Part shown: positions 28,313-41,853 of the stretch, piece after piece
Layout of the letters: each line of letters opens with the position of its first letter
How positions within the stretch are numbered: position 1 is the stretch's first letter
Assembly (NCBI RefSeq): GCF_009914755.1
Contig: NC_060932.1
DNA length: 64,000 bases
Origin: the human T2T-CHM13v2.0 reference genome, Homo sapiens
Reading direction: 5' to 3' (one strand)
The notes under the pieces: model-generated
What the model was told of the DNA's origin: nothing
The model's input: the letters and a program-made list of their open reading frames with translations, nothing else
Database searches by the model: none
Program-made: the position numbers and the translations under genes

Positions 28313-29180
28313 AAAAAAAGTGGGCAAAAGGTCTGAACAGACACCTCATGAAAAAAGATACAAGGAGAGTAAATAAGCATATGAAAAGATGCTCAACCTC
28401 ATGTCCTTAGAACATGAGACACCACTACACACCAATGAAGAATCGCTAAAATCCAGAATGGCAACACAACCAAATGCTGTTGAGGTTGTGGGGCAACAGG
28501 AAGGCTCACTCACTGCTGGTGGGAACGCAGAATGGTAGAGTCACGTTGGCAGACAAGTGGCAGTTTCTTACAAAGCTAAACACAGTCTTACTGTACGATC
28601 CAGCAACTGTCCTCTTTGGTCTTTATGTAAATGAGTTGAAAACTTATGTTCACACAAAATCTTTACAAAATATTTATAGCAGCTTTATTCATAATTGCCA
28701 AAAATTGGAAGTAACCAAGACATTCATTAATAGATGAATGGATAAACTATGGTACATCCACATAGTGGAATATTATTCAGCAAAAAAAAAAGAAAAAAAA
28801 AGAAACGACCTGTCAAGACACAAAAAGACATGAAGAAAATATGGTTTCCTTATTATTCTTTTTAGATACAGGGTCTTACGCTATTGTCCAGGCTAGAGCA
28901 CAGGAGTGCGATCATAGTTCACTACAGCCTCTGACTTCAAGGGATCTGCCCACCTCAGCCTCCTGAGCAGCTGGTACTACAGGCATATGTGAGCACGCTC
29001 AGCTAACGATTTAATGTTTTGTCTACACGGGATCTTCTTATGTTGCCCAGGATGGTCTCAAACTCCTCGCCTCAGGTGATCCAAGGAGAAAATTTAAACA
29101 CATATTACTAAGTGAAAGAAGGCAGTCTGTAGGATGCCAAATATCTGACATTCTGGAAAAGGCAAAACTACGGAAGGTGA
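28313..29180 (+). mobile_element. L1MC-type 3' fragment interrupted by an AluJ
   Basis: TGGGCAAAAGGTCTGAACAGACACCTC, AATGAGTTGAAAACTTATGTTCACACAAAA; resumes after the Alu with CATATTACTAAGTGAAAGAAG..CATTCTGGAAAAGGCAAAACTA. Confidence 0.88.
28845..29083 (-). mobile_element. AluJ, 5'-truncated
   Basis: ACAGGGTCTT..GATCATAGTTCACTACAGCCTC..ATGTTGCCCAGG are J-type features. Confidence 0.88.
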
Positions 29181-30163
29181 ACTCAAATTATATTTTACAT
29201 CACAAGTAAACATGAGCTTAGATTCCTCAGTATATATAAAGTTGATTTCTTTTAAACCACATCTGATAATTATAATATTTCTCACATGATTTGCTCTAGT
29301 TTTTAGAAGTGAAAACAATATAATCGTTTTCAGTAAAGGGATTAAATATTTTGGTTTAATTATGTCCATGAAGCACTAGTGCCGCCTTTGGATTTATATT
29401 TGATCAAAATATGTAGACAACTGAAGGTAAAAGGATTTTTGAGAATGAGTCGTCACATGTAGACCCATGGAAACTGACCATGGGCACAGGTAACACCCAA
29501 GCAACTCTATGGGACACAAATCTCTTTCCATACAGTTCTTGATCCTTATTCAGAGCACACAGTAATTTACTCCAGATGCTGCTTCTCATGCATACTTTGT
29601 TATACAGAACATGCTTGAAAAATACATTTTTCATTTAACATGGGCCTGTGCTATCAATTAGATGGAAGAAACTGTCACAGGCAGTGAAAACTCTTATTAA
29701 AAATTGATTTGAGTCTAGTTAAGTCTCAACACCCAATTCCGATCTGAAGATCAAGGTTGTGTCAGAATAAAGGCCAAAAGAAAAAAGATCAATATTAAAT
29801 ATTTCAGTTCTGAGGTTAATACATTTGCTTATAAAAGTATACTGAACCATCTGTATTCTGGAAGACCTGCTCTGGTACCATAAGAAGACTAGATTTTTTT
29901 TTAAAGGCAGCAATAGTATTCTTCACCTTAAGACAGTAAGCGTTATATACCTACATTGGAAGCACAAAAATATATTAGGTAAAATAATTTAAGATTGTCT
30001 TAACAAATAATTGTCATTCTTCCTAAAAGTTAATTTTAAAATCCTAAGAGAGAGAGAGTTTGTGCGTGTGTGTGTATGTTCACTCTTAACTAGGCACCTA
30101 AATGATGGTTGTTAGTTTGGTAAAGGATTACTACTGATACAAACACATTCTAAAGCTACTGAT

Positions 30164-30450
30164 GGTCGGGACTGGTGGTTCACGCCTGTAATGCCAACAC
30201 TTTGGGAGGCTGAGGCAAGAGGATTGCTTGAGTCCAGGAGTTCAAGAACACCCTGGGTAACATATTGGGATCCCATCTCTACGAAAACATTTTTAAAACA
30301 TTAGCCAGGCAATGGGGCATGCACCTGTAGTCCCGGCTACTAGCTGAGGTGGGGAGATTGCTTGAGGCCAGGAATTTGATGCTGGAGTGAGCTATGAGCG
30401 TGCCAATGTACTCCAGATCGAGTGAGAGAGTGCAACTCTACCTCAAAAGA
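30164..30450 (+). mobile_element. AluJ (Jo/Jr-like)
   Basis: GAGGATTGCTTGAGTCCAGGAGTTCAAG and GTGAGCTATGA. Confidence 0.92.
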
Positions 30451-32043
30451 ATATCTTAAAATATCAAAAACAAAAACCTAATAATTCAACATTTAAAAAT
30501 AATTTAAATAGAATCAACTCTATCCCTAAGAATAGTATTTACTAAGCTGAGGAGGAGCCACTAGAGGACATCATTCACAGCAGGACACAGTTTTTATTTA
30601 GTTCCAGCCATGACTGACCTCATATAAAGAAGCAAAGACCAAGAAATTAAAATGATAGACACTAACAACTGACTTGAATTTTTAAAAATTGGTTAAAAAG
30701 GTCAACTTGGTTCTACTGATTAACTTCAAATGCCTTAAGCATGTACACATAGATATAGGAGAAGACCTCAGAGGCCCTGGGGGAAGGAACATGAATGGTA
30801 TTCTTGGGTCCCATCCTATCTAGTGGACAACACAAGGCTTCCAAAGGGAGGTGTAGAAAAATGAAGAGAGTTAGAGTAGAGAAAACTGGGGTAAGATATT
30901 GTTGTTTCAAAAACCAATATTCCTGTCAGCCACATAAATGTTAAGAAACCAGCTCTATCTTCCTTACCAAAAACAGATTTCCATGTAAACTGAACAAACG
31001 TAAAGGAAGAATGTCATTTACTTTCTTCTTATAACTTTCATAGACAAAACATGTAGGTTAGTAGTTATTTTCATGGCCATGGTAAATTGCAATTGCTCAG
31101 TGACATTTGAGACTTACTAAAGTGAAATATGAATAGATTTTCTATTTTAATATTCACAAGTCAGTTTCCCTACAATTAGTTTATCGCATATATTGCTTGA
31201 AAACATTATTATACTTTCATGTGAAGACAATTCTATCCAAGTTTTACGTTTATTTTACAACAATAAATTGCTTCTATCTAATAAACATTATTGGAGATTT
31301 ATCTGGGCTACGGATTAAAAATAATGCAAGTCAATAAAACTTCACAAATTACACTAACTATGGGTTTTAAAAGAAAGTTCGCTTCATCCACATTTTTGTT
31401 ACTTGGCATCTTCATCACCATTCCTGCCATTAAAAAAAAAGAAGCCTTTGAATTCCAGTCAGTTGGGTTAAGTATGCAAAAATGGCTGCATAGATTGTCT
31501 TGTTGATTACCTATTCTCTATCATGATTATATCTTTCTATAATTTTGTGGAAAATAGACTAGGAAAGAGAATAAACTTAGAAAATAGAGTCAGGGTAGGT
31601 AGCAATTCTACCTGAAACATGGAAACAAAAGCTTAAAATTCTCATTGTTAGGACAAATTGAAAGAAGAAAAAATACGCAGTGATATACATAATTAAAAGG
31701 CAGCAGAAAAAAACAGTGGAGAAAATAAAGAAAAGAAGTACTAAAGAGGGAGAAAATAAATAAAAGCAACAAGAGATCACTTAGAACGTGGCAGAAAAGC
31801 ACTAGGGACAGGGAGACAAGGAAAGAAACCAGATTCACTATTCACCCTGCTTCTAAAACACATGGACAAGAGGCAGCATTATTATAAACAAGTGAGGTAG
31901 GAACCGGGACTTCCATTATACTTAGCATTACCCAGAATTTCATGAGAAATCCTGGGATTTTTATAAAAGGATTAATAACGGGAAACTACCTGAAAACTAT
32001 AAATTGCTGTCATAAAAATGTGACTAATACAAAATGATTTCTC

Positions 32044-32435
<392 letters not shown>

Positions 32436-35414
32436 TTATCTGGCCCAAGAAAGGTTAGCTTCCCTCCTTATAGGAGAGTTATATTGTTGATTTGGTGAGA
32501 TCTCCACTAAATATTTTAACATTCAAATATACTTTCTTAATAGCCCATTCTAGCTAACATTTGTCATAGCCTCTTTATCAACAAATATTAGAATTATTAA
32601 TGTAAGTGGATTTCATTTAATTTTTCTGTGTTTTTTGCTCCATCTTACCCTCCTAACCCCAGGTTAGGATAAATTCTATATGGCAAATGACAAGAACCAA
32701 AGGTCTAAGTACTCCAAAGTGCAAATAGTCTGGCCTTCAGCAACTGCGACTCGTGTAATTCCTACAGAGATACTTAATGTGGTCTTAATTGGCACTGTTT
32801 TCTTTTTCTTTTGTTCCACTTAAATGATGCCAATCAAATTTTGGCATACATGAGCTAAGTTAAAGAAAAGTAGCAATGCCTAGTTTTGTCGACTCGCAAT
32901 TCCTTTGAAACCATACTATGAAGAGAAAATTTAAATTCCATGTTTATCCTGCTCATTTTCACTTTTGCAAAGAGAAAAAAACAACCTGAGTTTTGCTATC
33001 TGTGCACCACAGCAGTCCGTGGCTGGGATAAGGTGGATTGAAGTGTGAACAATGGTTCAGGATCAAAGGACTCCTTAGGTTCTGCTCAGACTGCCTCCAG
33101 TGATCAGCAGCGCAGGAGTCCATCCTGACAGGGGGCTGGAGAGAGCTGATGAGATTCATGTGCCATCTCAGAAAGAAAACATAAAAGCCTGGACATTCTA
33201 TGGAAGGCAAGCCAAGAGAATGTGGAATCTCCGTTTGCGGAACTTGTAAGTCGGGTAATATACCAGGGAGTATGTTAACACGGCTGAATGACCTCTGTTT
33301 TGAACTTCGCCTCGCCTCCTGCCTTCTCTCTGCTCCTTGTGGCTCTCTTGTTATTGTTATTCCTGGTTTGTTCCTCCTCTCCCTGTCTCATAGCTCCTTT
33401 TGGTCTCCCCCTCCCTTTATCCTGCCACTCTGACAAAGCAGGCACAGCACTTGCATTCAATCATCAGCTGAAAATGAGTAAAAAGCTACTTGCCTGGAAC
33501 AAAGCTGGGAGTAATTTTGAAAGCATTTCCTTAGAGCTGAGACATCCTGAGACATGGACTTTTGATGGGTAATCAAGGTTTAGAAAAATGAGTTCACAGA
33601 AGGTTTACAATATCAGGACAGATCTTTCCCAGGCTTTCCAGACCATTTAATGCTTGTTTTGTGAATCAAAGAGCGCAGGCACAGAGGCTGGAGGAAGCAA
33701 ACTAATAGCTTACAAAGCTACAAAACGAAAGGGAGACAATAAGGCTTGAAAAGAAACACTTACAAAAATAAAATAAAATACCCATTTCCTCTCTGTCTCT
33801 TTCTCCTGCTTCTGTGAGTACTGCTAGACAGACGCCATCGACATTTCAGCAGCAGTGACATCCCAGACAGCTTGTCTATAGCCCTTGACTCAGTTTTTTG
33901 GTATTTCTTTTAGTAGAATATTCCAGAGCATGTGGTCTTTTACCTTTCCTTGGCCTCCAGACTGTGCTACTCCTGGATGCTCACTTCCTCTAAACTCATC
34001 TTCATCATGATGTTGAATATCATTACTTCTTTGCAACCCAAAGCAAGGAATTTTGAAACGATTATCTCTCACTTGACAAAGTAAATCTATTTATGTAGCC
34101 ACTGGCCTGGCACTACAAAAAAATCAAGTTCTTAATAAATGCTGTCAATGATTGTATTTTGGGGGGAAATATTAACCGCTTTTCAATTTATGCATAACCT
34201 TTCCAGGCCCAATTGTGTTTCACAGTTATAACCTGTCATCTCTCTTTAGTCTCCTTTCCCAAATCCAGCTTGTTCTGTATATAGTAGCTCCACTGAGGAG
34301 CGGGGAGGAAAGACGGATGAGTGGAGTACACATGGTGGATGCTGCCATTTAGGCAAAGGCAGGCATTTAAGTAAAGACAGGTAAGAATGGGAACTCGTGC
34401 CCCAGTGAGGAAATTACCATACTCCAATTAAAGGGAAGGCAGAGCATAAATAGTGTGCAAGCTAAAAATACACAACTCCTTTCAGCACAAAGCTCCCCGA
34501 AACAATTCTGCAAGAAATATGTGTAAGGTCTGAAGCTTAGCAGAAAGATTGGTAGCAAGCACAGCTGTCCAAAATCAACGGTAGAAAAATAATTTCTTTT
34601 TCTTTGGTGCAGTCGTAGAAATGCTCAGGCATCCTGTTGGCGTTTGAATGCATGGTGCCTTCAAGAAGCTCACGGACACAGACCTGCAACTGCCCGTGGG
34701 GTTTCCTAAAGACACAACAGGAGCGACGTCTGCGTGTAAAATGACAAGTACAGTAAACGTCCCGCAGCCCCAGGCTTCATTGTCATCTGCTGGAAGTGTC
34801 CTCCATGTGTGTGAGATACCCTGCTTATACATCTATTTTAGTCCTCAAACATGGAAATAATCCACTTTGTCCTTTGTGGGACTTAAAGTAACCTAATCGG
34901 GGAGGGACACGCAGTTATCTTTCTACTGTTAATGCTAACCCAATGCTTAGCAGACGGGGTTGAACGATGATTGTTGGCTGACTCAACTCTTGCTTAGCTT
35001 CCATCAAAGTACAAACTACTTGTTTCCAAGGTTATTTGTGAGTGAGGTTGATTTCTATTTTATTTAACTATTTAGACACACACACGTTAACTTATTTCTT
35101 ATGTATTTATATAATCTTATATAGCATGTGCATATTTTTGTATATATTTCTAAATCAGTTCATAATATTAATGCATGCTTCAGAGGCATTTACTTAATTT
35201 TTAATTTTTTAAAATGAATTTTAGTTCAAACTTTTAATTTTAAAATTGATTTAAATCACTAAATTAAATTGAATTTTAGGGAGGGATAGGAGAAAATGTC
35301 CAGACTCGTACTGAAACTTGCAGAAAGATGATTCAATTATAAAATAGTTCATTCAAAATAGTGTTGTCAAGGTAAAATAAAGTTACTTCTTTCTAATTTT
35401 ATCTGCAAAGAGGG

Positions 35415-35570
35415 AGCTCATGTTTATCGAGTACCTACTTTGTGGTTCCAGACAGTTAGCTAAGCCCTCTGAATGCATCAACTGTAATCTCTAAAAGTAG
35501 TCAACCTTCATTTTATAGAAGAGGATGTTGGCCAAGCTAACAGAGTTATTACCGAGATTCCCCCTGGAGA
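35415..35570 (-). mobile_element. MIR fragment
   Basis: TTTATCGAGTACCTACTTTGTG..CATTTTATAGAAGAGG. Confidence 0.6.
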
Positions 35571-35944
35571 CTTGGCAGCTAAGGGTAATTGTCTTTGGTT
35601 TCTATGCTTACTACACCCCAGAAGTCAAAATAATAGCAATGAAGATGAAAATGATTTAGATCACAGGGCTCAACATTACATACACATGGCCAGTGGTTCT
35701 ATACAAACTGTAAAGCTAAATTCCTTAGAATTAAAAAAAAGTAATTGAAACATTTTCTAATTAATTACCCAGGCATAGAAATATCTAGTACAGATCTATT
35801 AAGAATACAGCACTGATGAAAGTGCTAAAGGACACAGAAATGAAATGTTAAAATGCAGTCATTTCTGTTTAGGGATTTAAACCAAGATAAAGAAACAAAA
35901 CCAACAGGAAGATGCCATCAAAGGAAAGCAAGACAGAAAATTGA

Positions 35945-36105
35945 GGAGCCTCAGAAAGACTTCACAAACAAGGTGAGTCTTAAATAAATCTTGGGATTCT
36001 GGATAAGCACAGGAAAGAAGAAAGCAGCCCAGGTAAAAGACGTCATGAAAAACGCTTGGGATTAAGAACCAGGGAGATGCCCATATGGGGAAGTGTGAGC
36101 TCTTC
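35945..36105 (-). mobile_element. L2 fragment
   Basis: TCAGAAAGACTTCACAAACAAGGTGA..GAAAGCAGCCCAGGTAAAAG resembles antisense L2. Confidence 0.5.
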
Positions 36106-36544
36106 CTGGTACAATACAAGCAGGCAAGTCTGCAGAGAGGGGTCAGGTTCTTATTACTTTATTGAGGCATGCACACATCTGACAGACGAAACTGCTCTTC
36201 CACAAAGAGTGATTCTGAAGGTCCTGCTTGGTAAATTGCAAGAACCAGCAAGACTTTCAAGGAGTTACTTTATCAACTAGTTTAAACAAGGTGGATAAGC
36301 GATAACATATAAGAGGGCAATAATAAAACAAAGATATTAATTCTGTAAAAGGTCAACAGTGGAATACATTATTACTTCATTATATTTATCGCCCCTGCGA
36401 GTAGGTATGTTATAAATATCAGATTTTAGTGAATAACTTTAATAAATGCATTTGAAGTTAAAGTGAAGTTGATATGGGCATTGACAAGAATATTAGAAAA
36501 ATAAGAAAGTTAGTAAAGGTGAAGAGAGGGAAGGAAGGGAAGTA

Positions 36545-36768
36545 AATTTGCATACAAGAGCTATACTGAGATCTTTAAAGTAAATGTATTTGTTAAGCAG
36601 GTAAATGGAAAATATCAAGGGAAAGTAATGGTTAGTATTGTATTCATTGCCACAGATGTGATGGCTGAGATGTGAGAATAAATTATCTAGGGTAGTATGC
36701 ATGGAAAGAAAAAAAGCAGATGTCTATGAACTAAATCCCAGAGGACATCCACAGGAGAGAAAGAAGGG
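36545..36768 (-). mobile_element. L2 fragment running into the 60-bp tandem repeat
   Basis: GAGAATAAATTATCTAGGG..GAACTAAATCCCAGAGGACATCCAC resembles antisense L2. Confidence 0.5.
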
Positions 36769-36951
36769 GGAGAAGTTGTAGGAGGTGAAAAGTATAAAGA
36801 GGCTGGGAGAATACAATGTGTCTGAAGAGGAGAAGTTATAGGAGGTGAAAAGTATAAAGAGGCTGGGAGAATACAATGTCTCTGAAGAGGAGAAGTTATA
36901 CGAGGTGAAAAGTATAAAGAGGCTGGGAGAATACAATGTCTCTGAAGAGGA
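36769..36951. repeat. 60-bp minisatellite, 3 copies
   Basis: GGAGAAGTTRTAGGAGGTGAAAAGTATAAAGAGGCTGGGAGAATACAATGTSTCTGAAGA x3 with only 3 variable positions. Confidence 0.98.
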
Positions 36952-37119
36952 TGGAACTCCAGGGAGAGGTTGGCTTAGTGAATATAAACATCATGTAAGA
37001 GAGATCATAGAAATGGATCGTCAGCGAGTGTCAATTATGCCAATTTTTGTGCATAGGTTACCAGGGATATTCTGTAACCACCACACAGTAGAATCACTAA
37101 ACATATAATAATAAATTGA

Positions 37120-37540
37120 GACAAATGTGTTCATATATCACAGCCCGAAAAAATAATGAACTATTACTGTAGACAAAAACTTGCGTAGATCGTGTAAACA
37201 AACTATTGAACAAAACACCAGAAACAAGAGAATACGGAGTATGACTCCTTTTGTGTAAATTGAAGCATTTAAGATGAAGGAATCTACAGAGTTTATCTTG
37301 GGTGCCACAGACTGTTACTAAAAAGAAGAACAGGATAGCTGTTCTAATGGCATTCGGGGAACTGGTTGTTTTTGAGCGGGAGAGAGGGACGAAAGTGAGA
37401 GGTGTTAGTAAATGTTCTAGCTCTGGACACTGTGGGAGTGGTGGAGGTTTTCCTCTTGCGATAAAGAATTGAGCTGTAAATTTTACTTTTGGCCAGTTTC
37501 TGAATGTGTGTTATGTTTGGCAATTTTAAACAGGTTTCTA
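37120..37540 (+). mobile_element. Old L1M (L1ME-type) 3' UTR fragment
   Basis: ATGAACTATTACT..CCAGAAACAAGAGAATAC..TATGACTCC; GGTGTTAGTAAATGTTCTA..AATTGAGCTGTA. Confidence 0.65.
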
Positions 37541-37894
37541 AAAAGGAGGCATGTTGACTTACGGAAAACATGGGTAGAGGTCCATTGCCTGGAGGATTTC
37601 TATTTATCTGTCTCTGGCGTAACCTTATTCCACGTTCTCTGCACTAAACAAAGGTGTTTGTATAACCAGTGATCTTTTACAACTTGAGAACGAGTACCCT
37701 TGTTTTTGACCCTTTGATTTGTATGCACCAAGAGGTTGATGATGTCCAAATGGAAGTTATTATTATTTGTTTGGGAGTAACTACCTTGGGTTATGACATC
37801 TGAGACAGTGGGCCAAAAAAGATATAATAACAACAACAAAATAAAAAGGGACAACCATGAAGAAAAGGAGTATCATGACACATAATGATATCTC

Positions 37895-37958
37895 ACATAT
37901 ATGTGTATATGTTTATGTGTATGCATATATATGTATGTGTATATATACACATATATAT
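37895..37958. repeat. (TA/TG)n degenerate microsatellite
   Basis: Alternating purine-pyrimidine tract. Confidence 0.85.
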
Positions 37959-38247
37959 TAATATCCTCTATAACATTGCTGGGCCAGAGATAGAATTTAC
38001 TGCTAGATAGTTTATTCATATTGTGATCCCCGAACAGGATGCTTAAAAACATGAATGATTGTTTTGTCTTAATGTAAGATTAACGGTCATCATCTCATTT
38101 AAGGTATTCTTTTTATTTTTATTAGGCATCATTTAAACAACTATTTTAGGCAATAGAACGTAGAGCAAAGGGAAGACTTTGAAGAAGTCGAGGTGGATAT
38201 TTCAAGAATACTTTTCTCATGTCAACATAAACTCTCTTAAATGTTTC

Positions 38248-38707
38248 ACGTGTTCTCCTCATCTGCAGTTTCACTTTCTGTGGTTTCAGTTACCTAAGGT
38301 CAACTGTGGTCCACTGAGGTCTGAAAACATTAAATGAAAAATTTCAGAAATAAATAATGTATAAGTTTTAAATTGCTAGCTGTTCTGACTAGCGCCATCC
38401 CACTCCATCCCAGCCAGGACATGAATCATTCCTTTGTCCAGTGGATTCACACTATCTACATTAGTCACTTAGTAGCCATATGGCTTTTCAGACTCATGGT
38501 TGCAGTAGTGCAGCATTTGTGTTCAAGTTGTCGTTATTTGACTTTATAACATGCAAGCGTAGTGGGCCTTATTTATAAATGAACCTTTATCAGAGGTATG
38601 TCTGTATAGGAAAAAACATGCTACATGCAGGCTTTGGTGCTGTCAAAGGTATGAGGAATCTACTGGGGGTTTTGGAACATACCCCCCTAGAATAAGGGAG
38701 AGAACTG
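38248..38707 (+). mobile_element. MER44B-like (Tigger7 family) DNA element
   Basis: CAGTTTCACTTTCTGTGGTTTCAGTTACC..GGTCAACTGTGGTCC; TTAGTCACTTAGTAGCC; CTGGGGGTTTTGGAACATACCCCC..ATAAGGG..ACTG followed by TA. Confidence 0.88.
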
Positions 38708-38964
38708 TATTTAGAGGTGTAACTGAAATGCATTTTAATAATGGGCATGCAAGACTCAGGCTCTAACCTTTGCAGTCTGAAGTTAAGAATAACAATTATG
38801 TCCACAAACAAGTTAAAAAATTATTTCTACATATGTTACCTACAAACCTACAAGCCTACCAATCTCTAAATTTCTAATTATGGGTTATATATGATAAAAA
38901 TAACTTCATGATTACTCCTAAAACAGTAATCATTCTTATGAACAGAAACATTTTTTTTTTACTA

Positions 38965-39145
38965 TTGCAGTAGAATGAGCAGAACGTAGAACTAGAAAGT
39001 TCTGGGTGCACATTCTTGCACTCGCATATCATTTTAGATTCTCCGAGGCTCAGTCTTTACAGTAATACGAGGACAAATGCATAGATACAATGGCAATTCT
39101 ATAAAGTCCCTACTGCAGTCTCTGGCATATAATAATTGCTCAAAA
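38965..39145 (+). mobile_element. MIR fragment
   Basis: TTCTGGGTGCACATTCTTGC..TCTCCGAGGCTCAGTC..CTGGCATATAATAATTGCTCAA. Confidence 0.55.
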
Positions 39146-39509
39146 CAAAAAAGACAGAGAGAACAAATTCTTTCCCACCCTTTGTCAGTGATTATAGCTG
39201 ACGAAATAGTAATATTTCTCCAACAACAGTCATTACCAAATTCTGAGGGCCATGACCACGTCATTCCATGCAAACACACATTAAACCCCATAAGTGCTCT
39301 ACATTATGTTATTTCAGACAAAAAACTTGTTTAACCATTGCCACTCCTCATTTTAAAAAAGGACTCTATATATCCTGAAATCTCGCATTTACTTTTATTA
39401 ATTTTTAACTATAGCATTTCTTGTTGAGTTTTCTTTTCTCTTTGACTTTAGTTTCAGCCTCATCAGTATATTAACAGCAGATCTTTGCTTTTATTTGTGT
39501 ATGATGGTT

Positions 39510-39640
39510 GTAGACAGTACATTCCACAAGAGCATGACCAATCTGTTGGACTCACCAGTAAATCCCCAGTGTGTATGACGGTGTGCTGCCCATAGTAGGT
39601 ACTCAGTTTTTCTTTTGAAAGAAAAAGTTTGATTGAAAAA
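39510..39640 (+). mobile_element. L2 3' end
   Basis: TAGACAGTACATTCCACAAGAGCA..TCACCAGTAAATCCCCAGTG..CATAGTAGGTACTCA. Confidence 0.7.
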
Positions 39641-40189
39641 CAGATCAACCAATTCCTTCTGGTGTCTTTTAAATTATATGTCTGTTTGGTCTCTCTGTCT
39701 CTAAATGGTATAAGAGATTAAACAGCCTGAAAATCAATATTTTCTGGCACAGGAAATAAAAAAAGCTATCATAATTGAAACGTTTATGAAAATACCTTTT
39801 ACTTAAAGAACTATAGTTCTGTAAAGGTGCATAAATGAACAAGAACTGTGAATTTGAATCTTAGAAAACTATGTATAATGGATATGCTTTTTTTACGTGA
39901 AGTGTGCTTTTAATATATAGTCTCTCTTATCATCCGTCTAAGCCAGGTAATTCCTCTTGTACTGTAAAAGTCTACAGCGTCATAGTGTCTATGATCATTG
40001 CACTTTGCCATGGCAGCCTGCTTGACATTTATGATAAGAAGGTGTTGAAGTATTTGCTGTCATTCATTCAATAACTATTGAGTGACTACCATTTAACATT
40101 TTTTATGCCTACCATCATACTCAACTTTTGCTCAACTGTTTTGAATGTATCAGCTAATAAAATAAGTCGAGAAAATACATTTATATTCG

Positions 40190-40370
40190 CAATATGTTTC
40201 CAAATAAATTTAGAAAAAGATACTTACCTATACATATTATTATATTCTTAGAAAATCCAAGCACTCACACCTGAGACACCGTTAAATCCAATAAATGATT
40301 TTGTCAAATGGATTGGTATATGATAAACATATAAAAATAAAAATAACTGCATTGACCCAGCCAGCTTGAG
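40190..40370 (+). mobile_element. Old L1M ORF2 fragment
   Basis: TAGAAAATCCAAG..AATAAATGATTTTGTCAAA..TTGGTATATGATAAACATATAAAAAT. Confidence 0.5.
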
Positions 40371-40679
40371 TAATGATCATCACTGCAACCGAGGCCCAAC
40401 ACATGATTTTTTGCTAACTTGGCCTGATGCATTAACCTGGACTCGTCTAATGAACAAGTGGGAGCTGGAAATTAGGGGACAGAAATGGGGAGATTCGGGA
40501 AGCTGGTCTGTCCTATGTCTCGGGAACTATCAGGCAGTGTGACAATGTGAATTATTGTCATCACCTATGTGCGGCTTTTAAAAGGCATTTTTCTCAGAGA
40601 ATATTCTTGATGGAATCACTGGTAAACAAGAGATTTTCCTCTCCTACCTGATTCTGCTTCAAAATTAAACCGAGGTCTG

Positions 40680-41235
40680 TAATGGAATCATCACATAATC
40701 CAGCAACACTACTTGCATATTCAAAAAAAAAAAAAAAGAAAAAAAAAGGAAATCAGGATGTCAAAGAGGTTATCTGTGTTCTCATGTTCATTGCTGTGTA
40801 ATTCAAAACAGTGGAGGTACAGAAAAAATCCTACTATGTCCACTGATTGATGGATAAAGAAAATGTGGTGTATATATAGCCCATGGAGGATTACTCTTCA
40901 CTCTTCAAAAGGGAGATCCTGCCATAGCAACAATATGGATGAACCTCAAGGTCATTATACTGTGTGAACCAAGTCAGTTACAGAAAGTCAAATACCGTAG
41001 GATTCCATTTCCATGGGGAATCTACAATGCACAGAAGCAGAGAAAAGAATGGAGGTTGCCAGGTGTAGGGAAGAAAGGAAAATGGAGAATTGCTATTTAA
41101 GGGGTACATGGTTTGGGTTATATCTGATGAGTATGTTCTGGAGATCCGATGAACAACATTGTGCCTACAGCTGACAATAGTGGGTTGTACACTTACAAGT
41201 TTGTTAAGAAAGTAGATCTCATGTGAAGTGTTCTT
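40680..41235 (+). mobile_element. L1MA/L1MB-type 3' end
   Basis: GATGGATAAAGAAAATGTGG, ATGGATGAACCTCAAGG, GTAGATCTCATGTGAAGTGTTCTT. Confidence 0.88.
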
Positions 41236-41853
41236 TATTTAAGTTCTGGAATACATGTGCAGAACATGCAGGTTCGTTACATAAATATACATGTGCCATG
41301 ATGATTTGCTGCACCTATCAACCCATCATCTAGGTTTTAAGCCTCGCATGCATTAGGCATTTGTCCTAACGCTCTCCCTCCCCTTGGCCCCCACCTCCCG
41401 ACAAACCCCAGTGTGTGATGTTCCCCTCCCTGTATCCATGTGTTCTCATTGTTCAACTCCCACTTATGAGTCAGAACATGTGATGTTTGGTTTTCTGTTC
41501 CTGTGTTAGTTTGCTGAGAATGATGGTTTCCAGCTTCATCCATGTCCCTGCAAAGGACATGAACTCATTATCTTTTATGGCTGCATAGTATTCCATGATA
41601 TATATGTGCCATATTTTCTCTATCCAGTCTGTCATTGATGGGCATTTGGGTTGGTTCCAAGTCTTTGTTATTGTAAACAGTGCTGCAGTAAACATACGTG
41701 TGCATGTGTCTTTACAGGAGAATGATTTATAATCCTTTGGGTATATACCCAGTAATGGGATTGCTGTGTCAAATGGTATTTCTGTTCTAGATCCTTGAGG
41801 AACTGCCACACTGTCTTCCACAATGGTTGAACTAATTTACACTCCTACCAACA
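41236..41853 (-). mobile_element. L1PA8-like 3' fragment inserted at the tail of the older L1
   Basis: CTAGGTTTTAAGCCTCGCATGCATTAGG diagnostic; ORF 41471-41821 gives ORF2 C-terminus (AIPLLGIYPKDYKS..KDTCTRMF). Confidence 0.93.

Noticed and set aside
36724-37108. ORFs with 20-aa repeats on both strands; array superficially CRISPR-like
   Set aside because: Head-to-tail 60-bp units with no unique spacers and no cas genes, in primate DNA
40220-40229. ATACTTACCT, matching the U1 snRNA 5' end
   Set aside because: The match stops after 10 nt; it is only a reverse-complement splice-donor motif
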